Position numbers and translations under genes: made by a program. Below the pieces are notes generated by a model that saw only the letters and a list, made by a program, of their open reading frames with translations, searched no databases and was not told where the DNA came from. Source: an uncultured Alphaproteobacteria bacterium (GTDB lineage: Bacteria; Pseudomonadota; Alphaproteobacteria; RF32; CAG-239). From it: a stretch of DNA of 64,000 nucleotides. The stretch lies in assembly GCA_944390355.1 (NCBI GenBank), contig CALXPT010000004.1:1077-65076 (forward strand). Reading direction: 5' to 3'. Of the stretch, positions 10,701 through 19,005 are shown one piece after another. Each line of letters opens with the position of its first letter. Position 1 is the first letter of the stretch.

Positions 10701-12129
10701 TCCGTACGGCCACTCCTGACTGTGTCATGTGCGCTTCTATCTTCGTACCGTTTTGCGATAGCATTCCATCCGCCGAAATTACTGCCGCATTCAATCCATT
10801 TTGACCAAAGACAAAGCTGTTTTGCAATAAACGCCCGCCCGTTGTTCCGTCTCCGTTATAAACATAACCGTAAGGCGAGGTTTGCTTGGTTTCTTCGCCA
10901 TCAATTATTTTTCCTTGAATTCCGGCTATTCCCAAGGGTTTGTTATTTAAATCATATACCTGATTGTAATTTAGGGTTTTACCCAACATGCGACCGTTAC
11001 TTTCATACACGGTGTCAAAATTCACAAAACCTATCGGGGCTCCTTCCAAAGAAATTGCTTTTCCGCTCCTTGATGATATGCCCTTTATTGTGCCTTTGTA
11101 ATCAAATATCGGCCCTGTGATATTTATATATCCCATAACTTTATTGTCCTTATCTACTCCGGTTCCGCGTGCTCCGATTGAACCGATTATTTCTCTTGAT
11201 AAGGCAATTTTCCCTTCCGGCATTAGACGGCCGACATACTCGCCGTTTTCATCATTTAAAGTCGCTGCCAAATCCAAAGAGTAGCCTATTATCTTGCCCT
11301 CTTTATCCGCTATTTGTCCATCCAGCTGCAAATAGCCGATAACCTTTCCCTTGTTAGTTACCTCACCGTTATAGGTTACAAATCCGATATATTCTCCATT
11401 TATACCAAAGGCATATCCGCTTTTTACGGCTCTGCCGATTACTTCGCTTTTTTCGTTATATGCTATGCCGTTGGCGTGTATAAATCCTATCTCTTCGCCT
11501 TCAAAATTCGTTATCTTTCCTCCGGGGACCATGCTGCCGATAAACTCACCTTTCGGCGAAATTATCATTTTGCTTGAGATTAGTTTTCCTTCCAGAGATA
11601 CTTCTCCTCCCATGCGGCGGTAGGCGTATCCGTCCGGCGTCATAAATCCGGCAACTTCGCCTTCCAAATTCATATAGGCTCCGTCTCCGGTCAAACGCCC
11701 TATGGTTTTTCCTTCATCCGAATAAACCAACCCCGGAGACAAAACGCCGCCGATGACTTTATAATAATCATCTACTACCAATCCCGAAGGCAATGCCTTG
11801 CCGATTATCTTTCCCGATGATGAACGAACCGTGCCGTCATTATTTACTTTACCCAAAAGTTTGTTGTCTACGCCTATGGCTATTCCTTGCGGGACAACCC
11901 CTCCGATTAAGCTTCCTTCAAAATTGACAATCAGACTGTCGGCTGTTACATTGCCGATTAACTCATTTTCATAGCTGACAACTTTTCCATCCGGAATGAC
12001 CTTGCCGATTAGGTCGCCGTTAAAATCTATCGCGGTGATTTCCGCCGCAGAAACCGTTTTTAGGGCAAGTACCGTTCCAAGCATACTCACCAAAAATCTT
12101 TTTAATATTTTTTTGCTTTGGACTTCCAA
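7738..12129 (-). CDS. virB10: Giant VirB10/TrbI homolog: signal peptide, ~930 aa of 17-residue repeats, VirB10 barrel domain, Pro/Ser-rich tail
   Basis: TTG start at 12129 with GGAGGA upstream. The C-terminal segment (about 8125..8720) reads PIPAVIARSID...IIPAGSRIMGT...RVQITWERLVRPDGV...GDAMGRGGALGYLDQQL...YVPAGTRIIVYP, matching TrbI/VirB10. The N-terminal two-thirds is a degenerate repeat (see findings). Confidence 0.85.
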   Translation of the reverse strand: MEVQSKKILKRFLVSMLGTVLALKTVSAAEITAIDFNGDLIGKVIPDGKVVSYENELIGNVTADSLIVNFEGSLIGGVVPQGIAIGVDNKLLGKVNNDGTVRSSSGKIIGKALPSGLVVDDYYKVIGGVLSPGLVYSDEGKTIGRLTGDGAYMNLEGEVAGFMTPDGYAYRRMGGEVSLEGKLISSKMIISPKGEFIGSMVPGGKITNFEGEEIGFIHANGIAYNEKSEVIGRAVKSGYAFGINGEYIGFVTYNGEVTNKGKVIGYLQLDGQIADKEGKIIGYSLDLAATLNDENGEYVGRLMPEGKIALSREIIGSIGARGTGVDKDNKVMGYINITGPIFDYKGTIKGISSRSGKAISLEGAPIGFVNFDTVYESNGRMLGKTLNYNQVYDLNNKPLGIAGIQGKIIDGEETKQTSPYGYVYNGDGTTGGRLLQNSFVFGQNGLNAAVISADGMLSQNGTKIEAHMTQSGVAVRTNGNILGGIISPKAALTFVGNSLGLLGGGNRILDTKNKILAKILPDNSVVSTDSESSTNFSPSVGQALKSNIALDLSGALLGYMNENGIIKDLSRAVIGRGTSDKTVVDNNGATIGGLVDNRTVVNDNCQTVGYVDTSGEVKNFRNVKLGRMLLNNQAVNDSGTYIGHNLTEGIVVGNNKVLGTITAEGKALDSENKLLGCVNKRGFLISQNQEVLGSRLVYSTVMNFNNKIIGRIILDGSIVNDKQQLIGRILPNGNAINDSNVGIGRAFRYRYAFSNSNKFLGRVAPDGNVMSSEGKSIGKTDVKGFVRDEKDTPIGYALYDLYVYDNNNNTKAVIGFDGSLKALDGTRIGKILKGFFVNGEGVVQARGNRDYFILDDSNNVLGELQMNGDFVSMQGEVLGHLGKDGNIFDSENKLIATANSLQYYSIEDGREKIYDANGNVIGYKEGNTVVDENNNIIGTIDENGLAYGTDGSILGGSGTNWYERIKPQKSQKDLPEVGEYKKKMKDDDIEYKKETLNSINIALSPDGTYLGDILEDGTVVDENGNIIGRVNSDGYVIDNNGDYIGTQTPKNMYVPKIPISPEAYISGDRRINIGPGGGTGPGERYDPQRAAALAAAQNLRRENIQVGHVASKVNPSSVDGYQKNWDEEGVTKAVSSWRVDLSEMIFSDKPIPAVIARSIDTNNPTPVTAIVERNVYAEEGRNVIIPAGSRIMGTINSMTGSTESTTTSARVQITWERLVRPDGVLFKFQGITGDAMGRGGALGYLDQQLFKKYTLPVMTTALTSYSAYLMAPKSNSSSETETPRQQAANDARDNFLEQMDQVFNEILQDKSNIQPLTYVPAGTRIIVYPNIDLWMRTPERSDEDSELNRRNILIDDKEVEAQAAKEDVSNRPTTGVSGSNNQALYQNNGEEAESKKFIDDSEMETSNKRSNINGSVPPPPSSTGLVPAVPMSNTSGPKPGINQDSGGTSNQTPETDDSVVKLI

Positions 12130-12132
12130 CCT

Positions 12133-15100
12133 TTAATTCCTCCGGTTCTTTGCGACTTCCTGCAAGGCATAGCCTGCAACTTTTTTATCTAAATCTATAT
12201 AGGAGCCGTTATTTTTGATATAGCCGATGTTGTTTCCTTCTTTACTTAAAACACTGCCATCTGCTGCCAATCGGCCGATGTATTCCCCGCCGTTACTCAA
12301 AATTGTTGCTCCGATTTTGAATACTCTTCCGAGTATATTATTTTTCTCATCAATTGCAAGCTCATTGCTCAGTAAATGCCCAATTACAACTCCGTCTTTG
12401 GATTTTACCGTGCCGTCCAACATCACATAGCCGGCAAACTTATCTTTATTATCTATAACAATATCGCCGTCTATTAACTCACCTGAAAGTTTGCCGTTTT
12501 TATTCACGATGCTGCCATCCGATAAAACTCGGCCAAAATTGCTATTATCTTCATTCACAACCGTGCCGTCCGGCATAACCGCTCCACTTACTTTTCCCTT
12601 AAAATCTATATATGAACTCCGCTTTAAGATATTTAAATCTTTATCCGTGGAGCCTCCGGGCAAAATTGCCGTTATATTATCATTTTTCAAATCCAACACA
12701 TTGCCCAAAGAATTCATCCGCCCTTTGTAGGTTCCCCATATATCTATCATGATATTTTCCGGTATTATTTCGCCGATGATTTCTCCGCTATTATTAATTA
12801 CTTGTTTATCTGACGTGGCTTTACCGATTTTTTTGCCTTCGGGTGAAATGACGCTACCATCCGAGACAACATTTCCCAGAAATGCTCCGTCATATCCTAT
12901 GGCAGGACCTTTGGATATTACACCGCCTTTATATTCGCCTTTATTGTCGATAAAACGTCCCTGTGCGTCAACTCTTCCCAGCGTATCTCCAAAGCGGCTT
13001 AGCACTATACCGTCATACACAACTTTACCCAAATCGTTACCAAAGAAATCAACAACCATTCCGGTCGGAATCGACTTTCCCAAAATACCATTATAAAAAT
13101 TAAAGCCATCTCCTTTTATGTTCCCTACGGATTTGCCTCCGGCATCATATACCAATCCATCCGGAAAAACACGACCGATAAAACTTCCTTGAGAATCGAC
13201 TATTATGGTCTGCGGATTAAGTGCTACTCCCTTTATTTGGTTTGCATCATTTACCAATACATTATTTGAAAGGAGGTGGTATGTACCATCTTTGGTTTTT
13301 AATTCGCCTTTATTATCCAGCGTATTTAAAAACTTGCCATCCATATCATAGCCTTGGATATGTGTTTGAATATGCCCAATATAACCACCGGATTTATTAA
13401 AAACATCTCCGTACGCACCGATACAACCTACCGGCAGACTGGCGGCATTAATTATTAAACCGTCATCTGAAACACGCCCAAGATATTCGCCGTCAAAAGA
13501 AACCGCTATTCCTTCTTTTTTGGCTCCGCCGATTATCTCTCCTTTATCATTTAAAACCGTACCATCCGGATTTATACAGCCGACATATTCACCTTTTTTA
13601 TTCCTTACCGTCCCATCATTTTGAATTTCTCCGATATAGTAACAATTATTGTCAAAGGCAGGGCCGGTACGAACCACCTCTCCTATGTAATTATTACTCT
13701 CATCGACAACTATACCTTCGGGCATAATTCTATACGGCAATTCTTGTGATTGCGCATCGCGTATCTTTCCGTCTTTTTCTAAAAATCCAACATTCCTACA
13801 ACCATAACCCACGACCAATCCGCCTTTAACCATGCGCGCTACTACTTTTGAACCATTTGCGTCTTTTACCAAATCATTTGATAAAACGCGGCCTAAAACA
13901 TCTCCCGTCGGACTAACAACGCTCCCGTCGTTTTTAACCTCTCCCAAAACTTCTCCTTTCGGGGTTATCGGGATTAAGTCTACCGATACCAATGAACCGA
14001 TTTCTCTTTGAATGGTTGAAACTATATTGCCGTCTTTATCTACATATCCGATAACCTTGCCGTTTTTATCAATTACTTTGCCATCCGGCGTTACATAGCC
14101 TATGATATTACCATTTTCATCTACCGCTAATTGAACCATTTCTCCCGCTCGGCCTATCACATTGCCGTCTTTATCAACCAACGTTCCGTCTTCCAGCATT
14201 TTTCCTATAATATTGCCGTTAAAATCAACGACATTGCCGTTTTCATCTATATAGCCGATTACATTGCCGTCTTTGTCATAGGCTAATCTTCGTTGGATGC
14301 TCGGTTTTCCAAGCTTTTCTGACGTTGTAACATTGCCGTTCTCGCCTATGCGCCCTATTATATTGCCATTGGCATCTACAATTGTTCCATCCGGCATAAC
14401 TACACCTATGGGATTGCCATTTTCATCGACTGCCACGCGCCCTGGTTTAGAAATTGTTCCTATGATATTACCATTGAGGTCGACAACCTCGCCATTCTCA
14501 TTTACGCGACCAATTACGTTGCCGTCCATATCAACAACCGTGCCGTCGGCTAAAACTCGTCCTATTATATTGCCGTCTTTGTCATAAACATAACCTGTTT
14601 CTACGGCTTTTCCTATGATTTCTCCTCGGTCATTAACTATACTGCCGTCCGGAAGCTTCTTGCCTATTTTTTTTCCTTCTTTATCATAGACTATGTCATC
14701 TGAGCCTATATATCCTAGGACATTGCCATTTTTATCTATGCCTATTTGACTATTGGATGCAACACCAACTACATTGCCATCCGCATCTACTACTAAGCCT
14801 TGAGAATTAACTCTTCCGATTATATTTCCATTCTTGTCGCGGACGTAGCCTTCTTTGTCAACCCAACCGATTTCTTTGCCATCAGGTCCAACTGCCATAC
14901 TGATTTTTTCATAATCTTTATTCACATCTTTGGCGGTTAAATTTCCCTCGGTTATACCTTCACAAAAATTACAATCTTCTTTTCTGATAGCATTTCCTAT
15001 GACCGGAACTTTTTCTGATTTTGTGTTTGCTTCGCCCAAATTGGTTTCATACCAACTTATGATGAAATTATTTTGCACGTTTCCGGCGATAACCGGCGTC

Positions 15101-15564
15101 CATTTCATTACGATATTACACGTTTCCTTGCCAGTTAGCGTAACTCCCGTACACTCCTCATTAAACACAAAACCATCTGCCGGAGGTTCTGCCAGATTCA
15201 CCGAAACAATTTTTATCGTACTCTTTCCGGTTGTTCCTACTGTTAAAACATTGTCGGCGGACGTTCCTAACACAACTTGCCCTAACGGTACGGGATTTGG
15301 CGTCAAGGTTATCGGCAAGGCTGCATCCTCGACATCACCAAATTGGATAATGTCGGAATTTAAAGGGCTGACGGCTCCAATATTCAGCGCATCATCATTA
15401 TCGGTAAAAATCGGGTCAGTATAATCTTTTGTTTCTTCTCCGCCGGTGGCTAATAAGTACAAACCAAACAAAAAAATTGATAAACAAGTTACGCCAATCA
15501 CAAGCATTATGCGGTTGGTTTTCTTAACATACGCTTCTGAATGTGTTAAGACTTCTTTACTCAT
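12133..15564 (-). CDS. Membrane-anchored giant repeat protein (N-in TM anchor, ASH/Ig-like beta-sandwich, ~900 aa of the same 17-residue repeat as VirB10)
   Basis: ATGA overlap with the virB9 stop, and it ends 3 nt before the virB10 start. TM IMLVIGVTCLSIFLFGLYLLA. The beta-sandwich-like region reads LGQVVLGTSADNVLTVGTTGKSTIKIVSVNL...CTGVTLTGKETCNIVMKWTP. Repeats follow, e.g. DKDGNIIGRVLADGTVVDMDGNVIGRVNENGEVVDLNGNIIG. Confidence 0.8.
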   Translation of the reverse strand: MSKEVLTHSEAYVKKTNRIMLVIGVTCLSIFLFGLYLLATGGEETKDYTDPIFTDNDDALNIGAVSPLNSDIIQFGDVEDAALPITLTPNPVPLGQVVLGTSADNVLTVGTTGKSTIKIVSVNLAEPPADGFVFNEECTGVTLTGKETCNIVMKWTPVIAGNVQNNFIISWYETNLGEANTKSEKVPVIGNAIRKEDCNFCEGITEGNLTAKDVNKDYEKISMAVGPDGKEIGWVDKEGYVRDKNGNIIGRVNSQGLVVDADGNVVGVASNSQIGIDKNGNVLGYIGSDDIVYDKEGKKIGKKLPDGSIVNDRGEIIGKAVETGYVYDKDGNIIGRVLADGTVVDMDGNVIGRVNENGEVVDLNGNIIGTISKPGRVAVDENGNPIGVVMPDGTIVDANGNIIGRIGENGNVTTSEKLGKPSIQRRLAYDKDGNVIGYIDENGNVVDFNGNIIGKMLEDGTLVDKDGNVIGRAGEMVQLAVDENGNIIGYVTPDGKVIDKNGKVIGYVDKDGNIVSTIQREIGSLVSVDLIPITPKGEVLGEVKNDGSVVSPTGDVLGRVLSNDLVKDANGSKVVARMVKGGLVVGYGCRNVGFLEKDGKIRDAQSQELPYRIMPEGIVVDESNNYIGEVVRTGPAFDNNCYYIGEIQNDGTVRNKKGEYVGCINPDGTVLNDKGEIIGGAKKEGIAVSFDGEYLGRVSDDGLIINAASLPVGCIGAYGDVFNKSGGYIGHIQTHIQGYDMDGKFLNTLDNKGELKTKDGTYHLLSNNVLVNDANQIKGVALNPQTIIVDSQGSFIGRVFPDGLVYDAGGKSVGNIKGDGFNFYNGILGKSIPTGMVVDFFGNDLGKVVYDGIVLSRFGDTLGRVDAQGRFIDNKGEYKGGVISKGPAIGYDGAFLGNVVSDGSVISPEGKKIGKATSDKQVINNSGEIIGEIIPENIMIDIWGTYKGRMNSLGNVLDLKNDNITAILPGGSTDKDLNILKRSSYIDFKGKVSGAVMPDGTVVNEDNSNFGRVLSDGSIVNKNGKLSGELIDGDIVIDNKDKFAGYVMLDGTVKSKDGVVIGHLLSNELAIDEKNNILGRVFKIGATILSNGGEYIGRLAADGSVLSKEGNNIGYIKNNGSYIDLDKKVAGYALQEVAKNRRN

Positions 15565-17165
15565 TGGGTTCTTACTACGCTACAAAATACACCGTTTCTG
15601 CCTAAATGACTACAAATTAAATCTCCTTCATCCAACTTGCCTATCGGCCCTATCCTCAAATGAAACAGTTCTTTGCCATGTCCGTCTGCCGGTGTGTCTA
15701 CCGAATAAAACGGCTCATACCCTTTTAACAAGCTCGGGTATTTTTTGGTTAAATCCGCCCATAATGCTTCAAGATTTTCGACATTTGAATCGACACCTAA
15801 CTCTATTGAAACATCTCCGTCACCGGCTCCGCTTAGCCCTTGTCCATAGCCGACCGCTCCGGCAAATTGATTGTTTTGATAATGCCTATTATTTGCTATA
15901 TGCTGCATATTTGCATAGTCAAACCCATTAGCATCCGATAAGTGAGCGTCGCCCGTGCCAAAATCTCCCGTACTGTTATAACTGCCGTTATAACCGCCGC
16001 CGTTGGTCGTCGGGTAGCCTAAATTTCCTGGCATTCCGCCTGAAAGTTCCGGTGTTGTCGGTCCTCTGCCGTCTAATATATTTCCGTCTCCGCGCTCTTT
16101 GCTGTTCCTCCCCGGAATCGGTGCTTGAACATACCATTCATTCTCAAATAAATCGTCTGCATAGCTGACATTTTCCATGCCGACATCATCTGAACGGCGC
16201 ATTTTTAAACAGACAATCCTCTTGCCGTTGCGCAAGACCATGTCGCCTATTCCTTCAACAATTATTAAGCGATTATTCGGACCTTTGGTGCGGAATCCGA
16301 CAGGTACTTCCGAACGCTCGACTATCATCGTTACAATCGGGCGTTGGGTCATATTCAATGCTTTTGCCCCTAAATCAATATAGGTGAAAATGTCGTCTCT
16401 CCATACTCGTTCCGGTGCTATCACTACATCGTCCGGATTTGGAACATAAATCTCTATATCGAATCTGAATTTTGACGGGTCTACCGGAATTTCTTCAATC
16501 CAATTATTTCTTTGATTCCTTTTGGTTAGCTTGGATGTTACCGATTTTCCAGATGCCGAATAATTTCCTGCACCGCGGCTATTGCCATAAGCGTGATTGC
16601 CGCCCTCGCTACCATTTTCCAGAACTTCTATATCAATTATTGAATTGGTCAAACGCTCGGTATTTACGCCCTCGCTCTTAACATAAAATACATATCGATT
16701 GCCGGAACGACCAAATAAAATCACGTTGGTATCTACACCTACATTCGCTCCTTTTCGAGGATATAAGAGAATCGTGTTCGGCCCCGTGATTTGGCCGTCA
16801 ATCGTTGCATTATCGCCTATATACATATCCTCAATTAATTCCCAATCCGGAAAATTAACCAGTGTCATCATCCCTTCTCTTAAGCGAATTGGCAAAACCA
16901 AATCCGGAGACCAATAGTATTTTGAATAGGCAGGACGGCTCTGTCCTTCTCCGAGATTTTGCAAAGGGTCAAGCCAAGCGGCCTGTGTCATTCCAAGCGA
17001 ACTAAAACCAGCATAGTCCATATTCATCGGAGCGTATGAGCCTTGGCTTTGGTCGGCATTTTGATCCAAATTATTCATTGTTACTTCGGCAAAAGACTGC
17101 TTGATTAATGCTACCGCCGCTACGCCTAGAATGAGATATTTAGTGAACTTAGAAACCATTTTCAC
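15561..17165 (-). CDS. virB9: VirB9/CagX-family outer-membrane core component with a Gly/Asn-rich linker and a C-terminal SPOR domain
   Basis: Signal peptide ILGVAAVALIKQSFA|EV. VirB9 N-domain (LVLPIRLREGMMTLVNFP...NRYVFYVKS) and C-domain (WRDDIFTYIDLG...IVCLKMR). The last ~85 aa fit the SPOR pattern (EALWADL...LFHLRIGPIGKLDEGDLICSHLGRNGVFCSVV). Confidence 0.85.
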   Translation of the reverse strand: MKMVSKFTKYLILGVAAVALIKQSFAEVTMNNLDQNADQSQGSYAPMNMDYAGFSSLGMTQAAWLDPLQNLGEGQSRPAYSKYYWSPDLVLPIRLREGMMTLVNFPDWELIEDMYIGDNATIDGQITGPNTILLYPRKGANVGVDTNVILFGRSGNRYVFYVKSEGVNTERLTNSIIDIEVLENGSEGGNHAYGNSRGAGNYSASGKSVTSKLTKRNQRNNWIEEIPVDPSKFRFDIEIYVPNPDDVVIAPERVWRDDIFTYIDLGAKALNMTQRPIVTMIVERSEVPVGFRTKGPNNRLIIVEGIGDMVLRNGKRIVCLKMRRSDDVGMENVSYADDLFENEWYVQAPIPGRNSKERGDGNILDGRGPTTPELSGGMPGNLGYPTTNGGGYNGSYNSTGDFGTGDAHLSDANGFDYANMQHIANNRHYQNNQFAGAVGYGQGLSGAGDGDVSIELGVDSNVENLEALWADLTKKYPSLLKGYEPFYSVDTPADGHGKELFHLRIGPIGKLDEGDLICSHLGRNGVFCSVVRTQ

Positions 17166-17184
17166 GACACCTTAATTTTGAATC

Positions 17185-17910
17185 TTATTTTAATTTATTA
17201 TAGGTTAATGAATATTGCAAAACCGTAAACCCTACCGGATTTTTTAATCTCTCTCCATATTTTACCGTTTTAGGACGATAGGCTATACGTAAGCTGGCCG
17301 TCCAATAGTTAATATCCGGTGATTTTGATTCCGGATACATGTCTTGCGTTTCATACTCGACTTGCCATAACCCACGACCAAGCTCATTTACCGTTAATAT
17401 GCGAACTTTTCTTTCCAGATTACGTTTTTGAATAATCTCAAGCGCGGGTTTTGCCGTATTCTTCAAAAAATCATCATAAACTGCCTGAGACGACATATCC
17501 TGCAGCATGCTCCCCGGCATCCAGCGTGATTCCATCTCGGGGACATCTCTTTCAAATGTGCTTCGCAGCAAAACATATTCTCGAACAAAAACCTCGGTAA
17601 TGGCGTTTTCATCTTCCATTCCTTCTATCTGCTTGATATTATAAACTTGTTCTTCTTTGTTTTGAAAAGTTAACAAAAAAGGCTCAACCCTATATAACGG
17701 CAATACCTGTGTTATCGCCAACAGCAACACTATATTGCAACATAAGCTGATTGCCGTTATGATTGCAAAAGCTCTTGCCGTCCACAGATAGCGTTTCTCA
17801 CCTACATTACTCACAAAGATATCTTTATCCTCACGCATTTTTAGCTTTTCGCGCGGGGCTTGCCCTATGAGTTTTTGCTTGGTATTATTTTCACCGATTT
17901 GGTCGACCAT
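17185..17910 (-). CDS. virB8: VirB8-family bitopic inner-membrane T4SS protein (copy 1)
   Basis: 241 aa. The N-terminal cytoplasmic stretch and TM (AFAIITAISLCCNIVLLLAI) are followed by an NTF2-like domain ending WTASLRIAYRP...NPVGFTVLQYSL. Confidence 0.8.
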   Translation of the reverse strand: MVDQIGENNTKQKLIGQAPREKLKMREDKDIFVSNVGEKRYLWTARAFAIITAISLCCNIVLLLAITQVLPLYRVEPFLLTFQNKEEQVYNIKQIEGMEDENAITEVFVREYVLLRSTFERDVPEMESRWMPGSMLQDMSSQAVYDDFLKNTAKPALEIIQKRNLERKVRILTVNELGRGLWQVEYETQDMYPESKSPDINYWTASLRIAYRPKTVKYGERLKNPVGFTVLQYSLTYNKLK

Positions 17911-17928
17911 CTGAGCTTTCTCTCTCGG

Positions 17929-18117
17929 TTAAATTGTTTCGATATACCAATCCGGCAGATTTTTAGGCAAATCTAATTGCAAACACGAGCACGGAGAAAG
18001 TTTTAGTTCATCTATGCCTTTTCCTACTCCTATCGGTTCCGCTTCGTAATATGAGCCAAATATACCACAGGCTGTCAACAAAGCCGCAGATAAAATGATT
18101 AATATTTTTTTTGACAT
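17929..18117 (-). CDS. virB7: Small lipoprotein in the VirB7 position
   Basis: 62 aa with lipobox LLTAC|G. It sits between the two virB8 paralogs and upstream of virB9. The assignment rests on size, lipobox and position only. Confidence 0.5.
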   Translation of the reverse strand: MSKKILIILSAALLTACGIFGSYYEAEPIGVGKGIDELKLSPCSCLQLDLPKNLPDWYIETI

Positions 18118-18246
18118 TTCGAGGCCTTCCGCTTTGCGCTTAATTATAAAAAAGTATACTTATTAGTATTGATATACTTTTTTATTTCAATTGTATAGAC
18201 GCTAGCCCATAAAATCCCCAACTTATCTTAATTAATTCTTATTTTT

Positions 18247-18996
18247 TTAAAATGAAACTTCTGTTTGTGAATATCTGGTTACAGTGAAACCCAACGGATT
18301 AATCAACCTTAGTCCGACAAACTGGCGTTCAGGAAAGAAAAATGCCGTTACCGATGCCGTCCAATATCCTACCGAAAGCGTCATGCCCTTGGTTTTATCA
18401 TTGCTACCGTCGGACAAATCATAAGTTATAAAATCAACTTTCCATATCGGACTATTCTCTCCGCCCAATTTGTTTATGGATATTATTTCAACCTCCCTGA
18501 CCATTTTGCTTTTTATTATCAGAGGCCACATCTCTTCGCGATATTCATCAAATTTTGAAAATACATATTCAGATGATAAAAAGTTTATCATTCCTCCGGG
18601 GTACCAGCGCAACATCATTTCTCGCTCATCCCTTATAATGGTATTGCGGAGAATAACATATTGTTTTACGAAAAGCTCCATTAATTGTTTTTTGGAGGCC
18701 ATGTCTTTGGCTATCGGCTCATAGCGCACAATTCCGTCCGATGTATCTTGCTTGATTATCAAAAACGGCTCTACCGTTACCTGCGGTGCCAAATTAAACA
18801 ATGACAATGATGCACTTAAAAACAGCAACAAAGACAGAACCGCAAACATTATAAACATTCTAGATAACCATCTGTAATAATGGTATTTTGCGGTGATTAT
18901 TCTTTTTTCTTCCTGTTCTATGAAATCAGGATGATTGGGGGTTTTATCTTCAATACCTAATGTCTTAACATTATTTAACTGCGGTTCGCTATTCAT
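18247..18996 (-). CDS. virB8: VirB8-family protein (copy 2, divergent paralog)
   Basis: 249 aa with the same topology as copy 1 (TM FIMFAVLSLLLFLSASLSLF) and the same C-terminal signature WTASVTAFFFP...NPLGFTVTRYSQ. Confidence 0.8.
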   Translation of the reverse strand: MNSEPQLNNVKTLGIEDKTPNHPDFIEQEEKRIITAKYHYYRWLSRMFIMFAVLSLLLFLSASLSLFNLAPQVTVEPFLIIKQDTSDGIVRYEPIAKDMASKKQLMELFVKQYVILRNTIIRDEREMMLRWYPGGMINFLSSEYVFSKFDEYREEMWPLIIKSKMVREVEIISINKLGGENSPIWKVDFITYDLSDGSNDKTKGMTLSVGYWTASVTAFFFPERQFVGLRLINPLGFTVTRYSQTEVSF

Positions 18997-19005
18997 TCGT
19001 CTTCC

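Noticed and set aside
7738-12129. Possibility that the VirB10 repeats are DotG-type pentapeptide repeats or CagY-type repeats
   Set aside because: The period I read is 17 residues with conserved D/N-G and I/L-G positions, not a 5-residue A(D/N)LXX unit. I see none of the Cys-containing CagY motifs. Hence I treat it as a distinct repeat.
9050-15424. Many 60-180-aa plus-strand ORFs inside the two giant repeat genes (e.g. 10373..10804, 12749..13096, 14297..14587, 14930..15424) with Pro/Ser/Leu/Ile-rich translations
   Set aside because: They are antisense shadows of the Gly/Asp/Asn/Ile-rich repeat coding sequence. They have no RBS or start context, have low-complexity products, and are fully contained in strongly supported minus-strand genes.
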